DNA of 62,901 nucleotides, filler included, from Choristocarpus tenellus KU-1152 (lineage: Eukaryota > Protista > Phaeophyceae): NCBI GenBank assembly GCA_964200185.2. It is 7 parts of 7 records of this genome, joined end to end, with 100 filler letters (N's around TTAATTAATTAA, not from the genome) between each part and the next. Parts side by side here need not be neighbours in the genome. Positions count along the whole stretch, not along the records: positions 31,076 to 40,880 come from CAXNAD020003378.1; positions 40,981 to 46,056 come from CAXNAD020011951.1; positions 46,157 to 62,901 come from CAXNAD020000778.1; 4 more parts are not named here. One strand, written 5' to 3'. The notes below the pieces were generated by a model, which had not been told where the DNA came from, searched no databases, and was given only the letters and a program-made list of their open reading frames with translations. The position numbers were made by a program, and so were the translations under genes. Every line of letters begins with the position of its first letter. Position 1 is the first letter of the stretch. This document shows, one piece after another, positions 37,610 to 51,337 of the stretch.

Positions 37610-37919
37610 GGCCACAAAACGCTCTGCAAGCTTACCGTGACGCGATGTGTAGCTCTCATCCACAAGGTTTTACGTGGACGATGAAGCTCGTAGAAGGCAC
37701 CATGAAGGAAATGTCATCAAATATGCTGGATCTCTCGTTTCGATTCTTCACTTTATTGATTTGAAAGGAGTACAAAATTGGTCTGAACAAAGTCGTACCA
37801 TCTCTATTCGGCATCATAATGACTAAATAAGAGCCAAGAAGTACTAATATATACAATCTAGGACTTCAAGGTCATAATAGCATTTATGAAACCGCCATCA
37901 AGACATGTCGCCTGCCACA
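37610..37919 (-). mobile_element. Solo LTR (310 bp) with 4-bp TSD CCTC
   Basis: Homologous to 29634-29937 (aatctaggacttcaaggt.ataat...gaaacc). CCTC at 37606-37609 and 37920-37923. Confidence 0.8.
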
Positions 37920-38184
37920 CCTCTACAACTCCCATCAATGTTGGTGTGTTAGGTAGTGCCACGCGGAGCAGTGTTATTTGATGGGCTTAGCAGCCTTGGG
38001 CTCAAGGTGGTCCGACTTGGCATGGAGGAGGATCTCGTAATAGTAATGATGTAGGCAAGAGCAAGTTGACTCAATCTGTGAAATTCATACTCGCTAAAAT
38101 GATCGTCGTGCTTTAGAGTACCAAGAAATGAGCGTCCATGACAATTGTTACGCCTACTCATTCAAAACGTGTTCTGAATAGTGA

Positions 38185-38424
38185 GAGTTAAAGTATCTTA
38201 GAGGGTACGAGTTTTGCCCTGTTCGTCCGTTTGGGGATTGGCTTCCCACGAGTTTTTTATTTTGTTTTTACCTAGGTAAAATGTGCACGTTATCAAACGG
38301 TATGCACTGAACAAGGATTTTGACACTTCCTAACAAACACGATAGCCAAAATTACATCAAAATCGCAACATTGGATTTTGATCCCCAGGCGGACGCGGCT
38401 GTACCCTCTAAGATACTTTGACTC
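38185..38424. mobile_element. MITE, second copy of 630-889
   Basis: TIRs gagttaaagtatcttagagggtac / gtaccctctaagatactttgactc. The body shares tgacacttcctaacaaacacgatagccaaaatt. TSD is imperfect (gtga/tgaa). Confidence 0.85.
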
Positions 38425-39367
38425 TGAAGAAAAATCTCGATTCAAAGAACCAGTAAATTGACACAGGGTTAGGGTTCGGGTTGGGTTAGAGGAGGAGATC
38501 ATTCTATTGTTCATCATGTTATTGTGAGGGGTGGATCTCAGACCCGTGGTCGCAAAGATAGTCAAAAGAAGGCAATAGACACTACTTGAGAAAGCAATAA
38601 CCATAAAAGAAAATCAAAACCGTGGAAGTAAGAGAAAAAAAGGAAAAGGATTATAGTCATTATTTATAACTCATTGCTTGTCGCACATTATTAGTGGTGG
38701 TGGATGATCGCGACTGGTCATCAGAGGTACTTCACACTACACCACTTCTCATACTATTGACTAACTGTTGTTGCACTACTAATAATTGTACTGGCTCCAT
38801 TCCTGCCTTGCTTCTCGACCACTGGGACTAGCACTCCCATACCTCATCCCTCTGTTTGCTCCCTCGAATCTTCTACGAGACTTACCTGTCTGTCCTGAAG
38901 TTTCCATAGTGATCTTGTGACATTGTTTTCCTATTGTGGTATAGATAAGATAGAGGTATACAGTTCGTTGTGGTTGACACATGGAATAGTATCTAAGAAA
39001 CCAGATGTTCGTGAAAGAAGGAAGTCTGGTGTTGAAGGAGAATATTCATGCAGGTTACCCCCACTAACTCGCAAAAAACCCCACTTTTGATACCAAGAAT
39101 TGGGGGAATTGGTTGGTTTGGCAAAGGTGTTCTGCGAGTTGGAGGCTTTCGTGTTTCGACCAACACAAAACGAATTTGGAAGTTGAAATACAATACACAA
39201 GTTGAAAATTTCACCAAATCAAAAATACTCAGACAACACAAAAATAGTATCATAGCATAGCAGTTGTCAAGGAGAGTGGTCTTAGATACACAGAGTGGCC
39301 GAGCTTGATCCCTATACATCCCTGCCTTTGAGGAGTTCAGGTTGTCAGGAGGTGGATATTGCAGGTT

Positions 39368-39936
39368 ATGATGGCGCAACCATGCCGACGATGTCTGCCC
39401 TTGGTGAGAAGCAACATAGAAGTTGTTCGTGGTCCAAGTCTTGTCTCGAAACAAAGAGTGAAGAAATAGAAAAGTATATGTCTGTTCTGTGCTCCGATTG
39501 ACTACGTCGCTCTTCGACCTGACCCCTACAACAGTGTATCGTGGTTGTGTCCCACTATGCCATGGGTTTGGGGCTTAGATATTGAAAATACTGTTGTACT
39601 TACTGGTGGAGGTGAACGACAACTACATAGTTGCGTCTTCAAGGGGAGCATAGAGTAGACTGCAAGTAGGTCGTGGTCTAACATGTGTGATTCACACTCA
39701 CACCCGGTAGCAGGAAGTCCCGTGCAAGACCATGTATTGATCAAATCTTCAATCAATTACAAAATTTCCTACTTCCCTGCTTAAAGATGTACCCAATCGT
39801 TGTACTTTTCCCTCAGGCAAGGGGACTCTCACGTGCCCTGATTAATCCGTGCAGCCCACATACGCGCTGTTTTTCAGCCGCAGCTGGGGACATACCAGCA
39901 TCCCCTTCGACCTTCGACATATTCAACCCAACTGAG
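39368..39936 (+). CDS. First two exons of a probable mitochondrial acyl-CoA dehydrogenase (isovaleryl-CoA dehydrogenase-like)
   Basis: Exons 39368-39403 and 39817-39936 (GT-AG, phase 0) give MMAQPCRRCLPLARGLSRALINPCSPHTRCFSAAAGDIPASPSTFDIFNPTE. This is an Arg-rich, acid-free presequence with an RCFS cleavage-like site, then FNPTE as recalled for the start of protist IVD-type enzymes. Further exons were not found before the contig end. Confidence 0.5.
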
Positions 39937-40980
39937 GTCTGTGGCAGAATTACTACTGTTGTGTGTCATATAGGTTGTCAAGACGTGCAGATGAGGAGCT
40001 CCTCACACACTTCACATCTTTATGTTCGGAAGTAGTTTTGCAATTATATCGTCTTGACGGGGTGTGTCAACTGCTGTTTGGGTCGTTCTTGGTGTTTCCA
40101 ACCTCTTCACCACATCAAGTCCCTCGGCCTATCCCATCTGATGACTTATGTGTTGTTGGAGGCAAGGCTACTTTCGTTGGGGTTCAATGATGATTTTCCA
40201 ATATGGAACAAGCAATCCTTTTCTGTTCTCGAAATACAAGGGACTCCCTATGGTAACAGTAGGCAAGGAGGCAGAGTGAGCAAATCAATGAAACTCAATT
40301 TTTCCTTCCTCTCCTCTGTTCACGATGCTGCTGTGCTTAACACAGGGTGAATGGTGTAGGGTTTGAGACCCTTCTCTAAGCACTTACCACTGCTTGCTGG
40401 AGTTATTTTTGCGTTCTCATTACCGTTTTGTACCGTTCTTGAAACCGACGTGCAGCTCGTATGGCTGGCCACAGAGCAAACCATCCGACTTACCTCACTC
40501 CAGACTGTTCACAGTGTGTGCTTAGAGTCCGTTTCCTAGGATGATGTGCAGTGAATCCATTTGTGCTGTTGGATGTTTTTCTATTACACTCGTCTATGTT
40601 ACCCCTGTGATAAATCCACAATGACTGCCCCCTGTCCCCAACTCTGTGCTTTCTCGCCACCCTACCATACAATGGTAGTTGAGTTCGATTTTCTGAGTAG
40701 TTCTCTTATTCACTTATCGATACTGAGTATAATGGTATCCTCTTTGCACAGGTTCAATACTAGCAACATTTTATTTGCCACTTTCCATGTCAAATAACTG
40801 ACTGAAGTGTGTGACCAATGTGTCTCATCAACAACCTTACCACCCCCACCTCATCCTAGTCTCTCCCCCCTCCCCGTACCNNNNNNNNNNNNNNNNNNNN
40901 NNNNNNNNNNNNNNNNNNNNNNNNTTAATTAATTAANNNNNNNNNNNNNNNNNNNNNNNNNNNNNNNNNNNNNNNNNNNN

Positions 40981-41281
40981 GCCACGAGTCACGCCCTATA
41001 ACGTTCCACTGTCCCGACTGCGGAGCGCTTGATTTTGAAAACGAATCGCGTCTTGGTCGCCTTGCTCCCTTGGGGCAGGGCCTTGTCATCAAACGTCCCC
41101 TTCTGCCATAGCCCTATCATTCCTTCTCCATGGCCTCCTGCCACTGCTCTGCATCCGGCCCACTCAAGGTCTCCTTTGTTGTAGACGGCTCGTCTGCACC
41201 TGTTGCCACCTCCCCCATGAGACCGATAGGGCAGTACATGTCGTTGTTGTTTTGCTGTATGAGGGTTGACACGAAGTGGTT
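40981..41281 (-). repeat. Near-identical inverted copy of Copia segment 43534-43834
   Basis: The reverse complement matches with few differences and includes the same premature TGA in YRA*LVA. Confidence 0.9.
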
Positions 41282-41321
41282 TTAGAGTAACATGTCCGAG
41301 TCTAAATGGTTGATCTTTCAT

Positions 41322-44300
41322 TACTGCTTTATGTGAGTAACAGACGCAGGGCGACTGATAGGTACAACTGATGCTGAACGAATGACGTAGTGCGACTAAA
41401 ACAGATATGTTCCGACGTATTTAATGACAAAAGCAATAGATAACGCGGCAGAGCACCCCTCCACCTAGAGGGATGGTACTCACTCCGCTAATAATTTTAT
41501 ATAACATAATGCAACAACTCTATTCGAACAGCTCTTTCTTCACAGGTTATGAGACTCGCAGGTATGGAAGCGGACCCAAGTAAGTTGCCACTAACGATTG
41601 TTGGGCGTGGACAAACAAGGCAGAAATGGACAGAATGGTGAATGGCGCTGGTGAACTATGCGGGCGGGAAGGGACTGTAACGCATCCTCCAACTAGTATA
41701 CCACATCCTTGCACATTCTACGGCTTATACATCCTTTGAGGAACGCAGCGCGTACGAAGTACGTCAAGCATCGCGAGGCCTTGTGGTTCCTGATGGCCAG
41801 GCCACGTGGGGAGCTTCATCGATGTTTGTCAGCAAGCACAAAAACAACGGCAGCCCGATGGGAGGGCATCCTGTCTCGAGTTGGAGCAGATCTATGGGGG
41901 GAGCGCTGCAGTTTAGCGGCCAATGTAGCTCATAGCTCTCGAGATGAAGCTGCGCGATATGTACTTCTCGTGAGTGGAGGAAGGCTGCCGATTTCATCTT
42001 TCGTCTCAATCACATCTGGATGGAGTACGAGCAACTGGAGGCGGCCAAGGAGGACCACGTCAAGAAGGGGGCTCTGATCATTGGCATCAGGGACAGCATG
42101 CCAGTTCGCACAGCTGTCCACAGCTCCAAACCTCACCTAGTACCAACTCAAAAACTCCTTCATCTCCTCCGTTTCATACATGACGACGGAGGTCACGGGG
42201 GGAAACGATTAAGAGCTCAGGGGCTATGTCGCTCCACACAGGTGCAGGGACAGAGACAGGGAGACAGGGGTCCGGGAGAGGTCTCGGTTCAAACCAATAT
42301 GCTTTCTATCTCAATTTTAAACCTTTCGAGATTAAAAACCTCAAGAAACCCCAACTCCAGCACATCGCAGATGCTACAGTCGCCTCAGCGCTCTACTGCC
42401 AGGCTTGAAAGGAGTGCAAGTCCGAGGCATGCAGTTACCCACGGGGCAGTCCAAGTCCCACAACAATGGGAGAGGTTATGCACACAGGCCTGGAGCAACC
42501 TCTCTACCCAGACGTGACGGGCATTAGGCCCTTTCAGCTGTTCGCGGACGAGCCAGCCGGGAGAAGCGCGTGATGGGTCTACGTACCAAGGACGCCGCTA
42601 CCGCGGCCACGGCCGCCTACATCGACGAAATGGCTCGAGAAGGCGTAGTGGTGAGGTGCATCAGTGGGATTGCTCTGGCGAATTCGGGAGGGACGTAACT
42701 TTCCAGCGCATGCTGACAGAGCGGGGCGTGAAATGGTGCAAGACCCCCCCACGCATGCCCCAGGGCATCGGGATTGCTGAGCGGGGCAATCAAACAGGTG
42801 ATGCAATCGGCGGGCAGCCAGCTGATCCAGCCTGGACTTGGGGAGGAGTCTTGATTTTTTGAGGTGACAGACGCCGCATACAAGACCACAGGCATACAAC
42901 ACGAGTACCTGGGCGGCGAGACACCATGCGAGCGCCTGACCAGCAAGCCATTCAACTACGAGCGGCTACGTGTGTTTAGGACGGTGTGCTTCGTGCATCA
43001 GACCAAGCAACAGTGCGGCGCCAACGCCAAGTTCCACCCGTACGCGAAGCGGGGGATCCTCGTCGGGCACGACAGGGTGTCGCCGTGCTGGCACGTGTGG
43101 ATCCCGCAGGAAGGTAAGCTGGTGACCTCCGCACAAGTGAAGTTTCGACTTGAAGCCAAACTGCTAGAACTGGTGGGGGAGCCAGTGTTGGACATACTGG
43201 GGGAGTCAGAGCACGACGACGACATGAACGTCGATGGCGAAGGCGAAGAGGAGGCTTCCACTACAGGGGTCAAGGCTCAAAAAACTGGTCATGCGGTCGG
43301 AAACATTGGGCGTGACGCTCGAGATGCAATGCTCTCAGCACCCCATCAAAGTCAAGAGATTTCTCCAAGGATGGGACAACACCAGCGCATGGATAGGGCA
43401 GCGCAGATAGCGGCCAAGCGCCTGGCCCGACACTCTGAACAGCGAGCATCTTCCCGGCTGGAGCAGCGCCAGCGAGTGGACTACACATTCCAGCTCTACG
43501 ACCTGCAAGGGAGTGAGTGAGCAAACGGACATGAACCACTTCGTGTCAACCCTCATACAGCAAAACAACAACGACGTGTACTGCCCTATCGGTCTCATGG
43601 GGGAGGTGGCAACAGGTGCAGACGAGCCATCTACAACAAAGGAGGCCTTGAGTGGGCCGGATGCAGAGCAGTGGCAGGAGGCCATGGAGAAGGAATGATA
43701 GGGCTATGGCAGAAGGGGACGTTTGATGACAAGGCCCTGCCCCAAGGGAGCAAGGCGACCAAGACGCGATTCGTTTTCAAAATCAAGCGCTCCGCAGTCG
43801 GGACAGTGGAACGTTATAGGGCGTGACTCGTGGCTCGCGGTTTCAGACAAAACGCAGGTGTGGACTTCTTCGAACCTTCAGCCCCTTGGTGGGGTACGAC
43901 ATGACACACTATGGTGCGTCATATCAGTCGCAGCATACAAAGGTTGGAGTATCGACGCCCTGGACTTCACGCAGGCCTACGTCAACGCAGATCCGCAGGA
44001 GGACGTCTGGTTGGAGCTTTCTGAAGGCCGCACCGGCACCGTCAAGGCATATAGAGGGCAATTTATGGGCTGAATGCAGTCACCCATGGAATGGTATCAT
44101 GAGCTATGCGGCACCATTCTGTCAGAAGGGTGGACGAGCAGCCAACACGACGAGTGCTTCTATACTTCAGGAAGAGTGAAGACGGACGCATCACCATCCT
44201 CACCACCTACGTGGACGACACTGCCACCACCGCGGACTTCACGGAGGAGATCAAGAGGATGAGGGCATCGCTGCAGGAGAAGTACGAGGGGCGGGACCAC

Positions 44301-45505
44301 GGCACGCCGGACAAGCTGATTGGGGTGGGCATCACTGTGGGTGCGGACGGCATCACCGTGGACCAACAGCTATACGCAGAGAGCATCGTCATGGCCGGGA
44401 TGGACTCCACGGAAGTGCAAGAAATATCCACACCACTGGACCCCGGCATGGACCTCTCTGCCGGGCACGACAACGAGGAGGAACTGCATCCCACCATCTA
44501 CCCCTATGCCAGCATCCTCATGTTTCTTGCAGGCATGACTCGTCTGGACCTGGCCAAGAGCGTTCGTCAACTGGGGCGCCGGGCAGCGTCTCCATGCATG
44601 CGGCACTGGCGTGGACTGTAACACGTTCTGCGCTACGTAGCAGGGACACTTGACGTCTGCATTCACTATGGTCGGGGGAGTAAAGATATATACGGAGAGG
44701 GCGGAGAGCTCTTGGTAGGGTATGGGGATTCCGACTGAGACACCGACTCTCAAACACGCAGGAGTGTCACAAGTTACCTACTATTGTTCAACGGATCGCC
44801 GATCGTCTGGCGCTCCAAGCTTCAAGGCGCCGTCACCCTCTCCAGATCGGATGCAGAGTGGACGGCAATGGCATACGGCATGCGCCACTGCATTTTCCTT
44901 CGAGGCATTCTGGAGGAGATCGGCGCACTGCAGGACCAGACTTCCTTGTTCTGTGACAACCGTGGTGCTATCCAGGCGGGCAACATCACAGGTTTCAACG
45001 GGAGAACTAAGCACGTCGACATGAAGCTGTAGTGCAGCAGAGAATATGTGGATCAGAGTTTGTTCCACGTAGAAAACGTTCCAACATCAAAGCAACTGGC
45101 TGACATTTTGAGCAAATCTTTTCGCAAGGTCCTTACTTCTGATTTTGTGCATTCCGTGCTTTCACGTCGGGAGTAAGCTTTTGTTAGCAACCTTTCTGCA
45201 CGCTCATGGGGGGATTGTGTAATATAGGCGGGTAGTCTAAGGTTCTTATGTCTTTGGTACCTAGTATTGTGCAACAGAAGTGTTGACTGAGTGGAGTAAG
45301 TGTCAATGACGTTTTTCTGTACGTCAGAGTAACAGGTTCAAATTTCGATGGATTAGCTCTTTTTTTCTGCTTAATACAAGTAGCTGACGCAGGACGACGG
45401 ATACAGCTACGACTGTCGTATTGAGACTGACACAGACACGTTAGACGTGTCTGCTGACGTGTGCAGATAACGAGGCAGAGCACCCCCCCACCTCGAAGAA
45501 TGGTT
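41322..45505 (+). mobile_element. Degenerate Ty1/Copia retrotransposon with partial LTRs
   Basis: 5' LTR part ending CA at 41544, PBS ggttatgag. Integrase (SGEFG; PQGIGIAERGN; RVFRTVCFVH; KRGILVGH), RT (KTRFVFKIK; LDFTQAYVNA; YVDD), RNase H (WRSKLQGAVTLSRSDAEW; FCDNRGAI; RTKHVD). PPT gggggga, then 3' LTR from 45216 sharing agataacg.ggcagagcacccc.ccacct with the 5' LTR. Confidence 0.93.
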
Positions 45506-46056
45506 CCCCAGTTCAGCCTGGATGAGCTGGCTTCACATCGCTTGCATCACCTGTTTGATTGTCTGTTCAGCAATCCCGTTGCGCTGGGGCTTGCACGGGG
45601 GTTTTTGCACCATTTCACGCCTCCCGAACTCGCAAGGGCCATCCCCACTGATTCAACCTCACCACCACCCCTTCTTCAGCCATTTCGTCGATGTAGGCGG
45701 CGGCGGCCGCGGTAGCAGCACCCTTGGTTAGCAGATCCATCACGCGCTTCTCCCGGCTGGTCTCGTCCACGAACACCTGAAAGTACTTCATGCCCGTCAC
45801 GTCCGGGTCGAGGGTCCCTCCAGGTCTGTGTGCATCACCTCCCCCATCGTCTTGGGACTGCTGCCCCCCGAGTGTAACTGAGTGCCTCGGACTGGCAGTC
45901 CTTGCATACCTAGCAGTGGAACTATTAGGCGACTGTGGTATCTGCGATGTCCAGGAGGCCACGCTTCTTAAGTTGGTTGATCGCGAACCATTGCCTGGCC
46001 CTTGTTCCCCTTTTTTACATGAAACTGGGCCCGCAGCATCAGGAAGGCTCCCTTCT
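45505..46056 (-). mobile_element. Inverted, more diverged Copia integrase fragment (related to ~42250-42845)
   Basis: GMKYFQVFVDETSREKRVMDLLTKGAATAAAAAYIDEMAEEGVVVR on the minus strand. Confidence 0.85.
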
Positions 46057-46302
46057 NNNNNNNNNNNNNNNNNNNNNNNNNNNNNNNNNNNNNNNNNNNN
46101 TTAATTAATTAANNNNNNNNNNNNNNNNNNNNNNNNNNNNNNNNNNNNNNNNNNNNCAATGATAAGACAGCCCACAAACCTCACTCTTCTAATTTCAACC
46201 ATCCATTCTTTTCACGTTCAGCGAAAGTGGTCGTGTGAGGCTTCACACCTTCTTATCTTCATTACTGACAAATAGTATTACCTCCCAAGGTAATTTGCAC
46301 AG

Positions 46303-46393
46303 ACCCTGACCCCGACCCCGACCCTGACCCTGACCCTGACCCTGACCCTGACCCAAACCCCCACCCTGATCCCGACCCCAACCCCGACCCTGA
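46303..46393. repeat. Degenerate telomere-like hexamer array (CCCTGA/CCCCGA)n
   Basis: About 15 hexamers of variants accctg / accccg / acccaa. Confidence 0.8.
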
Positions 46394-49300
46394 TTCTCTC
46401 AATGCGAGAGAGAAAACCCTAATCTTCGTTTGAAGAAGTGAAAGAAGGTATGGCAGTGGCAGTTCCCCAATATGGGGGTTCCCTTACGTGTACTCCGACA
46501 TATCAAACATCTCATTATATAAATTCATCACAAGTATATGTGCTGGGGAACTCAAGTAGAGAGGGTAGGGACGGGTGCAAATAGTGAAAATACCGGAGCC
46601 CATGTATTGTCAAAGCTTGCTCAGCCCTTCAGTCAAAACGCACACCTTCGCAGTGGTTGTGACTGTTCGCTCGTTGCGTGCTGATCCCAAGACACGAACA
46701 GACTACATTCCATCAACTAATGTTGAATGAAGAACGGTCTGGCATTACAACTCTCGATTGGTGGAGGGAGTCCCTTCTCCACCAACAAGCGCAGAGCAAT
46801 TTGTGTTCCCCCTGATTTGTTTGTTCCATCAGAATCGAACTGGTGACTTGTGCTCCACCACTCATCAGGTGGGAGGGGTTATGACGTGTATGGGCTATCT
46901 GCTGCTTGAAGAGGGACAGCACCCACCAAGCAAGCTCGTTATGGATTCGAAAAAAGTAGTGACGTTGCTGAAGGCCACATTATAGTCAGATCAGCTCGAT
47001 TAGAGTTAACCTTTTTAAACGAGATCATAACTGAACGAGTTCAAGAACATCCAGCACTAATACTCTCCATTTTTTGATTGGATTTGTTTTCTCTACCACG
47101 AACCTGTACACTGTCCACCATCGTCGATCCCTGCCTTCAGCTCGCAGCTGCCCTACACCACAACTCTGCGGAGTCATTGCCAGGCCACTTGATGAATGGA
47201 CGGGTCATGACCAGGTTCGGGTCAACCCATCCAACTATTATCACCTATCTCGTGTACACCCCAACGAGGGGATACGATGCAGCTCCAACCCCCTGTCTCC
47301 GAGCAACACTTGACGCCCAGGTGAACGTGTAGGGGGAAGCAACAGTCTCCCTCTTCATGCGCTCTTAAGTATATTGACAGACAGCCAGGGTTATCACAAG
47401 GCAACAGCGGCAGTCTCAATTCGGAGATCACGCAAATCACTGCCACTATATTGTGAGAGCATGCTGCGAATGATATACCACGTGGTCAAGTTGTTCGCTT
47501 CTCACCTCTTTCTTTTATACCCGTCTCTGAAGAATTCGTATCCTATGTATTTTCTTCCTCATTTCGTCCCATCTCCAAGTCATCGTGCTTGTCTGAAGAC
47601 TTTCGTATTCTATGTATTATTTATATTGTTCTTGTCAATTTTTGTCCCATGCCCAACATACATGCAACAATCACGCCAATACCTCGATCATCACAATGCC
47701 ACATCATATATATATATATATTATATATATATATATACATTGCTGGCTGTCTTATGGCTGTGCATTTTGTTTACCCTCACTTCTGTAATCCATGTGTTTC
47801 TTTCCTTGTTTGAACAGTATATGAGTTCATGATTGCGCTTCTTCACACTTGTGATGCGAATACTTCTGCAGGTCCTTGGCAATGCCATGTTGCGTTTCCT
47901 ACAATCCATGAAATGGCAGGTTCCTTAGTAATGCATATTATAGCGTCTCCTACAATCAACAAAATCTCCCCTAGTATATCACCACTACAAATCTCCAGAA
48001 TATAGTAATATGGTTCTCTTACTCCCTTACCATGTTTTCGATATGTAGTGACGGTGTTGCCCTCCTGACCATATGCATAATAATCTCATAAGCCTTCCTC
48101 ATTCCAGTTGTTTCATCGTCCAGATGTATCGAGGAGATGCAGTGCACACCCACCCAGAGTCTTTGTGTGCGGTATACAAGAAAACTACTAAAAAAGTACT
48201 CAGAGTAGTTATTATCACTGGGCTTTAGAAGTTCTGTTCCAGATGGGTAAGAAATTTGATCATTTTTCAATCCTTTCCCACAGCCACAGTGTCAAACAGT
48301 GCGTGCTGGGTACAGGTTGGTTTTGTTTATAGCCAGCTCTTACACCTTGTTTTTTTTGTTGGTAGATATTCCCAGACGCCCCCCTGCCCGCTCTGCTTCA
48401 TTCTTTTCATAATTTCTTGCCAATTTCTCTCTTGGCTGTCTATTGTGTATAATTATTTGACTGTCGTGATGGTAAATGATCCCATAAACTGTAATCGACA
48501 GAAAAATGGTAGCGAGTAGCGATAAAGCCGAGACACTTAGGCAAAAACAAATTTATTGTTGCACTGAAGGAAGAATTTAAATCAGACCCGGAGGACAAGA
48601 TGCGTAACCGGTAGTGGTTACAACTATTAAATATGGATAGTGGACAAAAATGGGTATACCTGTGCTATCTCGGTCAATAGACGGATATTGCGAAAAACAA
48701 GTTCAGTAATGTGGTCATATGTCACGCGATACCCGCGCTAAAATCGTCCTATTGTGACCATTCTCGCCCCAATGTTGGCAAGGACAACGATACACCCCTT
48801 GTCTACTCTCCGTGTCACTCACCCGTTTCCGCATGCCTTTTGCATAAATTTGTACCCATTTTCACCCTTTGGAACCATTCTGATTGGAGGAAAAACATAA
48901 TCCTTCCGTTCCACCATACACCGCACACGTTCCAAAGTCTCATCTTATTTGTTTGGATTTTGCTTGGTGATGTTCTGATTTCTGACGTGAACTATGACAC
49001 TGAAGCATGATGAAATGATACATCCTAGCAAGAGGAACTAAATAGTTTCCCGTAGAACGTTTCGATGTTTTGTGGAGATTAGGATGAGAGTTTGGGACGT
49101 GTGTGATATGTGATGGCACCGAAGGGTTGTATTTTTCGTTCGATCAGAGTATTGATATTGGACCAAAACAAGTAAAAAATTTAGCAAAACTGTGTACGGG
49201 AATGGGTGAGTGACGTTGAGAGTGCACAAGGGGTACATTGTTGTGGCTGTCAACGTATCATCGACGAGAACAGGAATAGGACGATTTCGGCAGGGATCTC

Positions 49301-50175
49301 GTGACCAAGGGTCACATTTTAGCCTTTTCTTTTCCAACATTATACCCGTTTATGGCCCAAAATAGAAATTTATACCTGTTATTGTCCACTTCCCTTAGTA
49401 TTAATTACTTGGTCGTCCTGCATAGTAAAAAAAAGAAGAATTTGGTGTTACTCTCTGTGTGTATTTATATGTGTGGTGTGGAGAATCATTCATTCCTCGA
49501 ATTCCCCTGAGGGGCCCTTACCAACCTTTTTGTCCCTTCGTGTGCTGAAACATAGGCTACTCATCTTTTGTGCCATTGATACGAGACAGTATTACCAGTT
49601 CATACTGATTGTTGATTTGTACATCGGTACTCATCATTACTCTTATTTCCATCATTGGTACCTCATCATAGGATCATCAATTTCCGTTACAGCCCCATAA
49701 TGCTTGGCAAGTATGGGACAGTCGACATCTGTCACAAGCATAGTATGTGCCATATGTGTTGTCCCAGATATTGATTCAAATCTGTTTTTTTATCTTGACA
49801 TCAGAACCACAAGTTGTGTCTCACAAGTTAATTATTATTTTTTCTCTGGTTGACTTTGCCCTCGCTTAGACCTTGAGTTCACTCTGCACTATGTACCTGA
49901 CACAAAACTGGATGCAATATTTTTTGAGTTGAAACATCCACAAAACCTTTCTTCACAAGGTGACAAGCCTCTACACAGAGCATGAATCTCTTCCTTTGAA
50001 TGTGCCAAGGAAAACGCAACATCACTACACTAAACAACCTCTGACCGTGCCAAGCATGTCTCTAGGTTCATCAGCCCGAATTCACCGGTACTTCATTGCA
50101 CTATGACACCCCTTCACCACAACCAACCTGTCACTGTACAAGAGCACACAATTAATTTATTCTCAGGTTTCAACA

Positions 50176-50720
50176 GGTTAAGAGCCTCAACCCCTAAGCA
50201 ATACACTTGACCTGGTCTTGGACTACCTGCCACCACTCTCCCACCTTCACCACTCAAGATAAAACTACTCCAGCAACAAAACCACCAATGTTCTCCGGTG
50301 ATGACTATTATGGGACACGTTTAAAATTACTTCGTTGTGGGAATCTTGACCTGCATGGGGCCTCGGGCCCACCGCATTCTGGTCCAGAGCAGTTCCCACC
50401 CATCCGTCACCACCACCACCACCAACACCACCTCCACATCTACCTATGAGGAACGCAACGACCAGCTGTTCGGCATACTCCTTGCCACACGCTGTGGACT
50501 TGCCCAAGACCTTCTACATGGACTACAGCAGCGCAACAAAACTAGCCTCAATGATGGTCTCTCTGCTTGGTATGCCCTGACAACCAAGTATGAGGCGACC
50601 ACTGAAAAACAGCTGTACGCTGTCTACTGCCGGTTTGAACCATGCATGATGGAATCTGGTGAGGATCCTGACCTGTGGCTCCTTTGACTCTACCAGGCAA
50701 AGGCTGAATTTGAAGGATTT
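50176..50720 (+). mobile_element. Copia PBS plus gag fragment
   Basis: caaca|ggttaagagcc PBS-like site, then KPPMFSG, DGLSAWYALTTKYE and MESGEDPDLW (Copia gag motifs). Confidence 0.75.
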
Positions 50721-50878
50721 AGCTAGATTATCAGCGACTTCCGCCTGTGGGCAGCCCTCCTCTCCAGACGACGTTATTTGGAGCCAAGTACACTTCCACT
50801 CTGCCATAGCCCACCCATGCCACCATTGCCACCAGGCTGGTCATCATCCGCGCCAATGCCCCCATCGCCACATCACCT

Positions 50879-51337
50879 TTGCATGGGAAGCACGTTGTTG
50901 TTCAGCAAGACGGTGCCACCCCCCACATGGGCAGGGGCAACTCGGAAATCTTGTCAGGGGTAGGGAAGACTGAGGGGTGGTCGATTAGGCTTGTGACGCA
51001 GCCATCTAACTCCCCCGACCTCAATATCATGGACCTCTGCTTCTTCAGGTCTTTGAAATGCTTAGTGCTGAGGGAGCGGTTTGGGTGGGTGGAGGAGATG
51101 GTAAAGGTCATTGAGAAACAGTATGAGGACTATGATGAAACCACACTTGAGAGGGCTTTTGCAGCTCCTTTTTGTGGTGTACAATCAAGTACTTGGATAA
51201 AAGGGGGGAATGAGTTCAGTGTGGAGCACACAGGGGTAAGGAAGAGGCCGTTGTCTGGTGAGCTTGAAAACATGCCAAAGTTAGACATGGAGGCTTTTTC
51301 TGTGGCTGATAAAATTTTGATGGATGGGGAGTATTAA
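50879..51337 (+). mobile_element. Mariner transposase C-terminal fragment (plant DD39D-like lineage)
   Basis: VVQQDGATPH...LVTQPSNSPDLNIMDLCFFRSL. Confidence 0.85.

Noticed and set aside
46700-47340. Possible Gypsy integrase remnant
   Set aside because: Motifs too degraded to support a call.
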